Part shown: piece after piece, positions 23,096 through 36,760 of the stretch
Layout of the letters: every line of letters starts with the position of its first letter
Numbering within the stretch: position 1 is the first letter of the stretch
Origin: Octopus sinensis
Taxonomy: Eukaryota
Length of the DNA: 64,000 nucleotides
Direction of reading: 5' to 3'
Assembly (NCBI RefSeq): GCF_006345805.1
Contig: NC_043006.1
Span: 79,298,001 to 79,362,000, forward strand
Notes under the pieces: generated by a model
The model's input: the letters and a program-made list of their open reading frames with translations, nothing else
Told to the model about the DNA's origin: nothing
Databases searched by the model: none
Program-made: the position numbers and the translations under genes

Positions 23096-25127
23096 TATAA
23101 TACAAAATTACATAAGCATTTTATAAGCAATTTTAAAGCATTTTATAATGTTTCTTTCTTTTCTGGAAACTCGCTGCATACCAGCAGCTGGTGGCTTACG
23201 GACCGGCACCAGTCCGCTGGCCACCTCTTTGAGGAGCACTGGCATAAGCAATGGACATTACCAGTTGATTTCAGAAAGACTAACCCAAGAACATACTTAG
23301 TTGTATATGGGACAGGAGAGAGTGGAGGTCTATGATCCCCAATTACTTTAGGCATGACACACAAAGAAGAATTTGCATTCTGAATTAATTTTGGGGGTTC
23401 AAATTCTGCCGAGGTCAACTTTGCCTTTCATCCTTTTGGGGTTGATAAATTAAGTACCAGTTGCATACTGGAGTTGATCTAATCGACTGGCCCCCTCCAC
23501 CAAAATTTTGGGCCTTGTACCTAGAGTAGAAAAGAATATTTGGGGTAATGTAACTCTGCAGTGTAACATTTCTGCAAATCATATAATGTGTGTGCATGCG
23601 TGCGCATATCATCATCATTATCATCATCGTTTAGCATCCGTTTTCCATGCTAGCATGGGTTGGACAGTTCTACTGGGGTCTGTGAAGCCAGAAGGCTTCA
23701 TCAGGCCCAGTCAAATCTGGCAGTGTTTCTACGGCTGGATGCCCTTCCTAACGCCAATATATATATAAATCATCATCATCATCGTATATATATATATATA
23801 TAGGTGCAGGTATGGTTGCGTGGTAAAAAGCCGGTTTCCCAACCACATGGTTCCAGATTCAGTCCCTCTGCATGACACCTTGGGCCTGAGTGGATTTAGT
23901 AGGTGGAAACTGAAAGAAGCCTGTCGTAAATATAATATATGTATATGTGTGGCTTTGTGTCAGTCTTCCCCACCCCCATCGTTCGTTGACAACCAGCGTT
24001 GGTGTGTTTATGTCCCTGAAACTTTGCAGTTCAACAAAAGAGACCGATAGATTAAGTACTGTGCTTAACAAAAACAAATAAGTCCTGGAGTTGATTTGTT
24101 TGACTAAAACCCTTCAAGGTGGTGCTCCAGCATGGCCACAGTCAAATGACTGAAACGAAAAAATAAAAGAAAAAAGTGTGTGAGTGTGTGTGTTTGTGTG
24201 TGTGTGTGCGCGCGTATAGCACTTATTGTACATTTGGTGGAACAAGTGTTGCTTGGTTACAAGATTAAAGGATTACCTACAAAGTAATCACTGGATCACT
24301 TCATTTCTACTCGTGATAATGAACAGGAAGTGTCTGAGCAACTCAGACAGAATAATTACCACAAGGTATTTTTGTTGGATGCACTCAATTACTGAATTTC
24401 CTCACATATGATTGTGTGTATGTGTATTAGCACACGCATACACACACACAAAATACATATATACAAACATGCACATGTACACACGCACACACAATGGCTG
24501 TCCACTTGTGTCAAAGTAAATCTACCACTGATTATTAAATGAATCATTCTTTCTATAGTAACTTTTTAAGCATGCTAGACTCTTATATGTCTTTTAGTAA
24601 ACCTCACAAATAAAGCTACATTTGTGTACATCAGTATGCAAAAGCACATTCCCACATTAAGTACTTTTTAAGTCCTCAATTACGCCCTTACTCCATTCAT
24701 CTTGTTTTACTTACTCTAGTTTTCTATTTACTTTTGCAGCCCTCACAAGCCATTTATGTATGTCTAGCTTCTTTTGTGATCACCTGATTACAAAGTGGGG
24801 TGCCTGTCAGAGGCCTTTTCCTAGTAAACAAATTAAACAAATACCAAACATAGTGGTGTGCTCTTAGTTAAGTATTTCTAAGATTCTACAGGAAGTCTGC
24901 ATCTGCTGTACCTCTTGCAGATACAAAACCAAACTGCATTTCATCTATGTTCCTGATCTACTGTACTAAGTCTCTCATTTTCTGTCTTCTGTGTGTGTGT
25001 GAGAGAGACAGACAGACAGAGACAGAGAGAGAGAGACAGAGGAATACCTTCAGAGCTTGGTTCAACAATTCAATGCTGCTACAGTTTACTTTCTCTAGAG
25101 CATCTCTTTTGCTATATATCCTCATCA

Positions 25128-25945
25128 TCATCATTTAACATCTGCTTTCCATGCTGGCATGGGTTGGACGGTTGGACTGAAGACTGGCAAGTCAGGAGGC
25201 TGCACCAGGCTCCAATATGATCTGGTAGTGTTTCTAAAGCTGGATGCCCTTCCTAATGCCAACCACTCCTGAGAGTGAAGTGGGTGCTTTTTACGTGCCA
25301 CCAGCACAGGGGCCAGTCAGGCAGCACTGGCATCAACCATGCTCGAATGTTGCTTTCATGTGCCACTGGCACAGGAGCCAGTCAGGCAGCACTGGCATTG
25401 ACCACACTTGAATGGTACTTTTTACATGCCACCGGCATGTGTGCCAGTCAGGCGGCACTGGCATCAGTCACAACCACGATTTCATTTGACTCAATAGGTC
25501 TTCTCAAGCACAGCATATTGCCCGATGAATGAAGGGTACTTTTAAATAGGCCAGTTATGTGACACTGGCATCAACCACGTCTATGATCTCACTCGGCTTC
25601 CAAGGTCTTCTCAAGCACAACATATCTCTAACAGTCTCAGTCGCTTGTCATTGCCTCTATGATGGCCAACATTCAAAGGTCATGCTTCATCACCTCATCC
25701 CATGTTTTCCTGGATCTGCCTCTTCTACAGGTTCCCTCCACTGTTAGGGTGTGACACTTCTTCACACAGCTGTCCTCATCCATACGCAACACATGACCAT
25801 ACCAGCACAGTCGCCTCTCTCTTGCCCACCACATCTGATACGTTTTATGTCCAACTTTTCTCCCTGTCATGTATGCACACTGGCATTACACATCCAGCAG
25901 AGCATACTAGCTTCATTTCTTTCAAGCCTACACATGTCCTCAGCA
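25128..25945 (-). mobile_element. 3' fragment of the RTE LINE
   Basis: WYGHVLRMDEDSCVKKCHTLTVEG motif, 60-bp repeats and tail. Confidence 0.85.
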
Positions 25946-28061
25946 TATATATAATATTATTGTTGCTGTTGTTATTATTAGTTTCATTAATAATGATATA
26001 TAAACTAATGTACATACAGAAATATATTTGAAATGCTGATTGATAAGATAGATACATATGGCACCTGAATGTCTATGTATTAATAAACCATATATAGATA
26101 TATTAGTAAACCATATGTCTAGACTCTGTCAGATACAATGTAATAGAATTATATAACCGACATAAAATATTTTTTTTTAACTACATCTTACAAAAATAAC
26201 TGGTTTATTGAGATAAACTTCACTTAGCTATTCATGTTGTTTAATGGTTGTTTGAAAAAAATCAGGTTTTTATTTTTTGAATACAAATCATAAGTGTCAA
26301 TAGGCACCGGCGTAGCTGTGTGGTAAGAAGCATGCTTTCCAAGCACATGGTTCCAAGTTCAGTCCCTCTGTATGGCACCTTGGGCAAGTGTCTTCAGCTG
26401 ACCAAAACCTTGTGAGTGGATTTAGTAGATAAAACTGAAAAAAGCCCATCATGTGTGTGTGTGTGTGTGTGTGTGTGTATTTGTTCCCCACCACTGCTTA
26501 ACAGCCTGTGTTGGTTCGTTTGCATCCCCATAATGTAGCAATTCAACAAAAGAGACTGGTGGAATAAGTACCAAGCTTTAAAAAACATAATACTGGGGGT
26601 CAATTCATTTGACTAAAAACCCTTCATGGCAGTGCCCTAGCATGGTCGCAGTCTAATGCATGAAACAAGTAAAAGATAAAAGCTCTTATTATGTTGGCTC
26701 TCTACTATGGTTTCTGAAGCATTAAATGGATAACAGACTTCTTTTCTGGCAAGCATGCTAGCCTACACATCAGCTAGCTAGCTTTCCCACGCAAAAATAA
26801 AATGCTTGTTATTTATTTCACACCAAAAGGTGCTACAAGTTAATATATTCACAAATGAAGCCCACATGGGTCTAGCATGCCTTTTAGTCTACTTGGATTC
26901 ATGTAATGTTAAACAGATAAGTTTAGACTGACATGCTGCCCCCTGGGATATCATGCCAGTCTATTGTAGTTTTGAATTTCCTAAAAGATCTGGTAGATGC
27001 TGCCAACAGCTAGTGGAGCAGAACCAGTGCTTCTAAATAAAGTTATTTAGTTCATGAATGCAATGTAATGCTGCCCTCTTACGGATCTGAACATCAGGAG
27101 TCACACTCATAAGCAAGCAATTCAATGCCCTCTCTCCTCTCCTATTTTCTTTACCTCTCTGCTAATTTGAAAGATGATCAGTCACAAACGAACAGCAACT
27201 AAACTAGCCTTAATAAATTCGAGATGCCATCTGAATAATTAACGACAGTTAAGTGAGTGACAATGATATATTTAAATGCAGAGAATACAGTAGGAGAACT
27301 GAAACAGAATCAAATAACCAATAAGGGGAAAATAATATGTGGCGACTAAATATTAAATATCTAAATGACTAAGATGGCTTACTGTTAATATGATTACGAA
27401 GTTTTCTGACTCTGTTATATATACTCAGAGAGAGAACACAGTTTTTAATTCAGAATAAAGGTGCAAAACACACACACACACACAAACACATAATACAACT
27501 ACAAAACTTTGCTTGAAATTCACAGAAAATACACACATACACACATCAGGAAAATATTAAGAATGCATGAAGGGTTGGTTAATATCAATACACAGATTTC
27601 ATCATCATCATCATTGTTTAACGTCCGTTTTCTATGCTAGCATGGTTTGGATGGTTCGACCAGGGTCTGGGAAGCCAGGAGGCTGCACCAGGCTCCAGTC
27701 TGATCTGGCAATGTTTCTACAGCTGGATGCCCTTCCTAACACCAACCACTCCATGACTGTAGTGGGTGCTTTTTACGTGCCACCGGCACAGGGACCAGAG
27801 GAGGCTGGCAACATCCACGATCGGTTGGTGCTTTTTACGTGCCACCAGCATGGACACCAGTCAAGGCAGTGCTGGCATCGGCCACGTTCGGATGGTGTTT
27901 TTTACATGCCACCGGCACAGGTACCGCAACTACAATTTCCATTTGATGTTTTTTTTATGTTGATGTACTTGACTCAGTAGGTCTCCTCAAGCACAGCAGG
28001 TCACCCAATGATCAAACGTAAACACAGCAGGCCATCCTGCAAGCCATGAACTCACTTCATT

Positions 28062-28094
<33 letters not shown>

Positions 28095-29514
28095 ATCACT
28101 GAAGAAATGACAAGGGGCCGGGAGATGTAGCGATTTGCTGTACTTGACAAGATATGTCAAGCAAAGCAAAATCACTGTCTTCCACATGTACAGGCTTGTC
28201 CTTTCAGATGCCAGTGCCACTCAAAAGCACCCACGGGTGCGGCATTAATGCACCCGTGCCAGTGGCATGTGGAAAGCACCCAGCACACTCTGTTAGGTGG
28301 CTGAGGTTAGGAAGGGCATCCAGCCATACCACACAAAAGACAGTTGAAATCTGGACAGCTCCCTGCTAGCCAGCTCCATGCCAAACCATCCAACCCATGC
28401 CAGCATAGAAAGCAGATGTTAAACTTATGTTAAATCCACTCACAAGGCTTTGGTTGGCCCGAGGCTATAGTAGAAGACACAAGGTGCCATGCAGTGGGAC
28501 TGAACCCAGAACCATGTGGTTGGTAAGCAAGCTACTTACCACACAGCCACTCCTGCACCTGGTGTTTGAAATATTAATTTATATTCCAAACACCTGTTTA
28601 ATAATGAAAAACATATATTCTTTTACCTTTTATCTTTTGCTTGTTTCAGTCATTAGACTGTGCCCATGCTGGGGCACCATTTTGAAATTTTTTTTTTGTT
28701 TTAGTTGAATGAATCAACCCAAGGGCTTACTTTCAAAAAAAAAAACTTGGTACTTTTTCGATCAGTCTCTTTTGCAACGCCACTATGTTACAAACACATA
28801 AACACACCGACATCAGTTGTCAAGCAGTGAGGACATGGGCAAACACACACACACACTCACACAACAGGTTCTTTCAGTTTCCATCTCCCAAATCCATTCA
28901 CAAGGTTTTGGTTGGCCCAAGGCTATAGTAACTCTTTCACCACACAACCAAGCAAAGACAAACCTATCATTCATCCATTCATGCATGCATTGTGATTATC
29001 TCTTAACCATGTCATCTGAATTGAATATTTTTGATGATGAGATCTAATAAGACTGGAACATAACCACTGTTTTTGTCAGATTGTTTTTAATAAAAGATCT
29101 ACCCCCTAACTACATTGTTTTTATTTGCATTAGCTGATATTACCAGAGTAATCTTCCAATGCTTACTGTCTTTTAAATTGCAAGCACCCAGACAGAATTA
29201 CCATAGGACTAATGAAGTAACAAACTAACTAAAAACACCTTTTCACATGCTGAAATCTTATATTATCCTCCATGCTGGATTTGTTTGTTTTACAACTGTT
29301 TTTCTTTGCTGGTATGGGTTAGATGAGTACTTATTTTTATCACCAACCCTTTCCCATTTCGCAAGTAAAGGCATTTTTATTCCACTACTTCAAAAACACA
29401 GAGTTCCAGGACATGGGGTTCACTAGAAATGTAAATATGACACTGAGTTTTTTTTTGTTTTTTTTAATACTCAGATGATATAACGACATGCACACAACCA
29501 TACAGACACACAAC

Positions 29515-29790
29515 AGGGAGGGGTGAAAGAGAGGGGAAGAAAGGAAGAAGAAGAGAGAGAAACAAAGAAAAGGAAGGACGGAAGAAGGGAGGGAGGGAGG
29601 GGGTGGAAGGAAAGAAAGAAGGAAGGAAAGAAAGAAAGAAAGAAGAAGAAGGAAGGAAAGAAAGAAGGAAAGAAAGAAAGAGGGAAAGGAAAGAAAGAAG
29701 GAAAGAGGGAAAGGAAAGAAAGAAGGAAAGAAAGAAAGAGGGAAAGAAGGAAGGAAAGAAAGAAAGAAAAAAGAAAGAAAGAAGGAAAGA
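29515..29790. repeat. Purine-rich (GAAA/GGAA)n tract
   Basis: Direct inspection. Confidence 0.95.
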
Positions 29791-29988
29791 AAGTTATCCA
29801 TCTTGATAGAATTCTCTTGAAATACACATTTTTCTTTACATTTTTGAAGCCAAACTAAAAAAAAAGTTGAGAGTTAACCTTGAGATTTGCAACTGTCAAT
29901 AACAATGAACTTGATAATTAAGCAATTATTTAGCTGTTAGAGTAATTTAAACGAATCTTCAATACCACAAAGATACAGAGGGGGGAAA

Positions 29989-30029
<41 letters not shown>

Positions 30030-30603
30030 CAGAGAGAGAGAGAGGTGAGAGAGAGAGCGAGGGGTACATCTAAACAAAGAACTTAACCTGGTTGTTTCTG
30101 GCAAAAAAGAAAATATTTAATAAATTAATTAATAGATAAAAGAAAAAAAATCTGGGTTACTACTGAATAAACGAACTTGTAGAAGAAATTAAATTATAGA
30201 AAGTTGATTTAATTATTCACTTATTTTATTTTTCTTCTGTCCCACCCCACAACCATAATTTTTCTTTGTCTTATTTTGTATTTTGTCATTTTTTTTTATT
30301 TGGAGTTTTTTTTTTTTTTTGGGGGGGGGTCTGCCCCATTCCACTGCCAATATCAAAAAGTGTACTGAAGCCTTTCACTATTCCTTAAAGTGTTAGACAG
30401 CTAAGAGACCACACACAAACACACACACACACCACACACACATAGAGGGGACACTAGCATGAGTTTATGGCAAAATTTTTAAGAGATGCAGAGGTGGCTG
30501 TGTGGTAAGAAGCTTGCTTCCCAACAACATGGCTCTGGGTTCAGTCCCACTGCATGGCATCTTGAGCAAATGTCTTTAACTATAATAGCCTTGGGCCAAC
30601 ACA

Positions 30604-31210
30604 ATGTCAGCTCAGAAACGCAAGCGGACTGAGTTTACGCTGAAGGAAAAGAAGGAGATTATCGATGCTGTGAAAAACGTTACTGTCGGGCCCCTCGTAT
30701 CATTGGAAATATCTGATACAAGTTACCGTCCCTTGTATTGTCCGACATGTTTCACTCTAGAAGAAATAGCAAAGGAGGTAATGCATAATGAAGAGCTGGT
30801 GGAAAGTGAAGACGACAAGGTAATTGTGGAAGAGGAATACGTTTCGTTTGCAGATGCCCAAAGAGCACTATCCGAAAGTTTATGCAGCAGCAGAGCAGCG
30901 GAAAACCCAGAATCATGCAGGCATGTGATAGGCTAGACAACGAAATGAATGAAACCCGCCGAAAGAAGATGCGTCAGCCGACAATTTTTGAGAGCTTCGG
31001 GATTAACTAAAAGCAATCTGAACTTAATAAACTTGGATGTCTTCTTTTTACCATTGCACTGAACTTCTTATTGGCCTTACTTCCTACCCTATGAATCTTT
31101 ATTCGTATGTTCAGTAAATTTTTGGTTATGTAGTGTTTAGATAACAGACCCTCGGTACTATGCCACTTTGGCTCAGTCCCACAGGGTCGCATAGTAGTGA
31201 GAGTTGACTG
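30604..31210 (+). mobile_element. Internally deleted Tigger/pogo-like element
   Basis: MSAQKRKRTEFTLKEKKEIIDAV (CENP-B/psq-like HTH start) is joined to an acidic C-tail and a KMRQPTIFESF-like end. The right end reads GAGAGTTGACTG-TA. The left end is lost next to a SINE. Confidence 0.7.
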
Positions 31211-31256
31211 TATGTATATATATATACGAATATGTATATATATATATATATATATT

Positions 31257-31527
31257 TGTAAAAAAGAAGTTTGAAAATGCCACTATATTAGATAAATTTT
31301 AATTTTACATGTTTCGGTTCTTGAAATAACGAACCTTATCAAAAAAATTTATAATAAAGAGTATAATGGAACAGTTCATAATTGTTACATACATTCAATA
31401 GAGTCCATGCTATATACATTCAATAGAATCCATGTTCTTGAAAATGCGACAAATATATTATAAGGAGTATAATAGAAAAAATTCATAGTCGTTCCTTACT
31501 GTTTTGTCAAGTGTAGTGCAGGAGTTC

Positions 31528-31530
<3 letters not shown>
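31257..31530 (-). mobile_element. TA-flanked AT-rich insert carrying a hammerhead (probable PLE terminal-repeat remnant)
   Basis: Unique ~270-bp island between two (TA)n tracts. It contains the 31301-31347 motif. Boundaries are approximate. Confidence 0.45.
31301..31347 (-). ncRNA. Minimal type I hammerhead with U3-A8 core variant, sense to the host gene
   Basis: Minus strand reads UUUUU-UUGAUAA-GGUUC guuauuucaa GAACC-GAAAC-AU-GUA-AAA. Stem II has 5 bp, stem III is the palindrome ACAUGU, and stem I is short and AU-rich. Confidence 0.6.
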
Positions 31531-31564
<34 letters not shown>

Positions 31565-31586
31565 GTGTGTATGTATATATATATAT

Positions 31587-32264
31587 TTGCGCTGGTATGG
31601 TCATGTGGTGAGAATGGATGAAGATAGTTGTGTGAAAAAGTGCCACACCCTAGCAGTTCAGGGAACCTGCGGAAGAGGCAGACCCAGGAAAACCTGGGAC
31701 GAGGTGGTGAAGCACGACCTTCGAACTTTAGGTCTCACTGAGGAAATGACTAGAGACCGAGACCTCTGGAAGTGTGCTGTGCGCGAGAAGACCCGGCAGG
31801 ACAAGTGAGTCCATAACCCGTGGCCTTCTACATGGGATGGAGCCAGCCTACGTATGCATACCTTCCCTTCTTGGGGGACAAAACTCTACTTGTGAAGACC
31901 TGTTGAGGCAAGTGAGGATCAGAATCGAAATCGATCAATGGAAATTGCAGATGTTCTACCAGTGCCGGTGGCATGTAAGAGAACCTTCTGTTTCGCTACC
32001 GTTGCCAGAGCCGCCCCGACTGGCCTCGTGCCGGTGGCACATAAAAAGCACCATCCGTTCGTGGCCGTTTGCCAGCTCTGTCTGGCACCTGTGCGGGTGG
32101 CACGTAAAAAGCACCCACTACACTCACGGAGTGGTTGGCGTTAGGAAGGGCATCCAGCCATAGAAACACTGCCAGATTTGACTGGGCCTGATGAAGCCTT
32201 CTGACTTCACAGACCCCAGTAGAACCGTCCAACCCATGCTAGCATGGAAAACGGACGCTAAACA

Positions 32265-32295
<31 letters not shown>
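31587..32295 (+). mobile_element. 3' fragment of the RTE LINE
   Basis: LRWYGHVVRMDEDSCVKKCH...REKTRQDK*, followed by the 3' UTR and (GAT)n tail. It starts directly after (TA)n. Confidence 0.88.
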
Positions 32296-32327
<32 letters not shown>

Positions 32328-32809
32328 CTCACACACACATATATACCTATGTGTGTGCGGTCTGTGTCACCCACCACTGCTTGGCAACCAGTGTTGGTGT
32401 GTTTATGTTCCCATAACTTAGAAGTTTGGCAAAGGAGACCAAATAAATACGTATCATGATAAAAAAAAATATATACTAGGGTCAATTTGTTCAACTAAAA
32501 TCTCTTCAAGGCAATGCCCCAGCATAGTCACAGTCTAATGACTGAAACCAGTAACAGTTAGAAGATCAAAGCAATTCTAATTCAATTCTTCAAAGCTGGA
32601 TGTGTGACTAAACAGAAGTTTTCTTTGCCTTTGAAAGATTCAATTCCATTGCACAGCACTTTGAGCAAGGGCAAGTGCTTTTTACCATAATCCTCCACCA
32701 TCATCACCACCACATAGCCTCGAGTCGACCCAAATCTTCTAATTGAGAGCAAGTACGAAGAAACTATACAGAAACCTGTCAGACAGTAGTTGTTCTCTGT
32801 TGGTGAAAT

Positions 32810-33032
32810 AATTAATTAATCCATTTCAATTGGTTTTACATTAACACATGGCCCTTTGGTGTGTTCGGCTTTTAATTAATCCATTAATTAATCCATTGAA
32901 CTGGTTTTAGACTAATACATGGCCCTTTGGTGTGTTTAGCTTTTAATTAATCCATCAATTAATTAATCCATTAATTAATCCATCTCAACTGGCTTTATAC
33001 TAATACATGGCCCTTTGGTGTGTTTAGCTTTC
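32810..33032. repeat. Three ~65-90-bp tandem units
   Basis: Each unit has one to three aattaatccat motifs plus acatggccctttggtgtgtt. Confidence 0.88.
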
Positions 33033-34399
33033 AGACCAGGTCTTTGATGTCTAGCTTGAAGATAATTCGATACAGTGATGGACAGCTTCCCTTGGCAGCA
33101 ACTTCATAAGCCATCACTTATAGTTCTTTCTTCTTCCACAAGTCCTCGAGGCCCTGCACATACCACAGATGCTCTTCTTTTTCTCCTCTGACTAATTTAT
33201 ACATGGTTTCAAATTCTGGCACAAGACCAGCAATTTTAGGAGGGGGAGAGCAAGTCGATCATATCAACTCCAGTGTTCAACCAATACTTTATTTCATCAA
33301 CCCCGTCTAAAAGGATCAAAAGGAAAGTTGACCTTGGTAGCATTTGAACTCAGAAGACAGAGCCAAAGAAAATTCCACTAAGCATAGACACTGGCATGGC
33401 TGTGTGGTAAGAAGCTCGCTTCCCAACCTCATGGTTCCAGATACATGGCATCTAGGGCACTTCTACTATAGCCTCAAGTTGACCAAAGCCTTGTTGAGTC
33501 GATTTGGTAGGCGGAAACTGAAAGAAGCAAGCTGGCAGAAACGTTAGCAGGCTAGGCAAAATGCTTAGCGGTATTTCGTCTGCTGTTACATTCATCATCA
33601 TCATCATCAACCTGAGTTCAAATTCTGACAAGGTCGACTTTGCCTTTCATCCTTTCGGGGGACGATAAATTAAGTACCAGTTACCCACTGCGGTTGATGT
33701 AATCGACTTACTCCCTTTGTCTGTCCTTTTTTGTCCCCTCTGTGTGTAGCCCCTTGTGGGCAGTAATGAAATAGGAAACTGAAAGAAGCCCAGTGTGTGT
33801 GTGTCTTTGTTTGTCCTCCCCCCTCCCCCACCACTACTGCTTGACAGCCGCTGTTGGCATGTTTACTTCCCCATAACTTAGCAGTTCGGCAAAAGGGACC
33901 AATAGAATAAGTACTCCGTTTTTTTTTTTAAAAAGTCCTGTGGTCAATTTGTTTTACCAAAACCCTTCAAGGCGGTGCTCCAGTATGGCTACAGTCAAAT
34001 GACTGAAACAAGTAAAAGAAAAGCAAAAAGCATTTTGTCTAGCATTCTTAAAGTTCTTCCACTTCAACTCATGTAGAAATCAAAAACAAAAACAATACGT
34101 TCTGACTTCAATAAGATTTGAACTACAGTTTGGCTACAGCAAAAGGGTGACTCTGGCATTGTATTACATTGAAGTTCTCCATCAATCCTGGATAGATACA
34201 GAGTCAATGTGAGCCAGCAAAGGAGCTGTATGTGGTCTCTCAACCTGCTAGAAAGAGCAGCCTCCCACCACCAAAGGCAAGGTATATTGGATACTGCAGT
34301 CCTAGATACACTGCATCTGAATAACAGACGTGATGGTCATGCATGGCTGGAATGGTATCCCATCATAAGTTAGCTCAATTTGAGTGATATAAAGACTAA

Positions 34400-34810
34400 A
34401 CTACTACTATGATGATGATGATGATGGCAACAACAATGACAATAACAATGACATCAGTGATTAGCTTTTATTAGTACTAAAACTATACTACCACTATTAC
34501 TACTACTACTACTACTACTACATTACTGTATTAGTACAACTGTTTTACAACTACTACTACTACAACTACTGCTACTACTACTACTACTACTACGATGATG
34601 ACAACAACAATGACAGCAATTTTCTTTTATTAGTACTAATACTATACTATGACTAATACTATTACTACAACTACTACTACATTATTGTACTAGTACAACT
34701 GCTTTATTACAATTACTACTGCTGCTACTACTACTACTACTACTGTTGCTGCTACTGCTACTACAACTGCTGCTGCTATTGTACTACTACCACTGTACAA
34801 CTACTGGTGC
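34400..34810. repeat. (ACT)n-rich low-complexity tract
   Basis: Direct inspection. Confidence 0.9.
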
Positions 34811-35905
34811 AGATGTAGTTTAATCAACAGGATTAAGAAGATTACTCTATTTTGTATCTACTGTCAATAACATTTAATTTCTAATGGTGGAGGTAAAGAG
34901 AAGGAGAAAACAAACCAATCACTAATGAAGTTTGGAAAAAAAGGTTTTATTTTGTTAAGACTGGTAATTGACAGGGAGAAGAGACCAATCACTGGAGGGT
35001 TTTGGTAAAGGGTTCTGGTATCTTGGCAGGGCAAACTAAGGATGTAGTGCAATAATACATACTGCATCAGGTGTTTTCGGTCCCAAAATGCACAGGAAAT
35101 ACTATTCAGCACATAAGTAGCAGCTCTGACGAAGCATGAGCAGAAAATTTTTAGGTCTTTTAGCAGCAACCTGATCATGGTGAAGGAAAGAAAGAAAGAA
35201 AGAACAATAGAGAGGTATGGTTGATCATAGTGACACCAGTATGTGAATGATATTTTGAATTAGTGTGCCCCCTGGAAAGATAAAAAGCAGCATTGGGCTT
35301 TGCGAGATTTGAATTCAGAACATAAAGAGAAACAACAGCATCATCATCATCATCATCGTTTAACGTCCGCTTTCCAAGCTGGCATGGGTTGGACAATTTG
35401 ACTGAGGACTGGCAAACCAGATGGCTGCATCAGGCTCCAATCTGATCTGGCAGAGCTTCTACAGCTGAATGCCCTTCCTAACGCCAACCACTCTGAGAGT
35501 GTAGTGGGTTCTTTTACGTGCCACCGGCACGAGGGCCAGTCTGGCGGTACTGGCAACGGCCACGCTTAAGTGGTGTTTTTTACATGCCACCCTGCACAGG
35601 AGCCAGTCCAGCAGCACTGGCAACGACCTCGCTCAAATGTTTTTCACGTGCCACTGGCACAAGCGCTAGTAAGGCGATGCTGGTAACGATCACGTTTGAA
35701 TGGTGCTTTTTACATGCCGCTGGCACAGAAACCAGTCAGCTGCTCTGGCAGCGTGCTCTACCAATTCTGGCAAACCACTATTGCCCATTTTTTGTTAGGG
35801 AAAAAATAAAGGTTTCTTACATAGGCACAAAGTCACAAATCTGGAAGCTTAGTCAATTATCTCCACCCTAGTGCTTAACTGGTACTTTATTTACACACAC
35901 ACATA

Positions 35906-36760
35906 CAGTGTGTCCCAAAAATATATACACATTTTAACAGCTTGATAAGTCAATTTCAATTTCTTTTTAGATTTAGCCCATAAGAAATAATGAAGGAAGC
36001 CGTATTAAGCTTTGAACCAAGGAAATATATCCTAAAGTGCTTCTGGAATTTTGAAAATCCAGATGAAGCACCAAGACAGTCTAGGAGAAAGCTTCAAACA
36101 GATTCATCTATGTGACTTACTGCCACCTGAATCAGAGATAAGTTTGAAGCAAAAGGACCAGTTCAGAATGTCCACAAGATATGTTCTGGAACCACAGACA
36201 TCAATAATCCCCACAAAGCCAAGAAAAAGTACAAGAAATGTATTGCCAGAATTCAAGAAAATGTGTGTAGTGAGTCCAAGAGATAGGAATTTCAAAAGCA
36301 GCTGTCCATTGCATTTCAAACTGTTAACATTGGAAAAGTTACATTCCAAAAATAATCCAAGCTCTCAATGAAGATGAACCAGATAAAAGAGTGGAGTTTT
36401 GCAAGTGGTACTTGCCATGACATGAAGAAGATAGAGGCACACTTTCTAACAATGATTGTTTGGTTACATTTAAATTAAATGGCTCAATTAACCTCCACAA
36501 TTGCTCCTACTGGAGACCCGAGAATCCACCTTATGAAGAAGGAACATCATGTTAATTTACTAGAAGTGAAGAGTATGGTGCAGCTTATCATCAAAAGGAT
36601 TAATTGGACCATTCTTTATTTTTACACTGGTATAACTGGTTTTCAATTATTTAAACTTGCTATGACAGTCTATGATGCCAAGGATTCAAGAGGACTTTAA
36701 AGATGTCAACTTTTATTTCCAGCAAGATTGAGCACTCCCATACTACCACAGCTATGTCAG
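35906..36760 (+). mobile_element. 5' part of a Tc1/mariner-superfamily element, interrupted by a SINE
   Basis: TA-CAGTGTGTCCCAAAA end. Disrupted translations include [22 protein letters not shown] and FYFQQD..LPYY (QQDGAPPH-like). Confidence 0.72.

Noticed and set aside
23150-23390. Possible LINE C-terminal remnant (WDRREWRSMI)
   Set aside because: Only one weak motif is present, too decayed to call.
29385-29858. Lys/Glu/Arg-rich and Phe/Leu/Ser-rich ORFs
   Set aside because: They are translations of the (GAAA)n tract.
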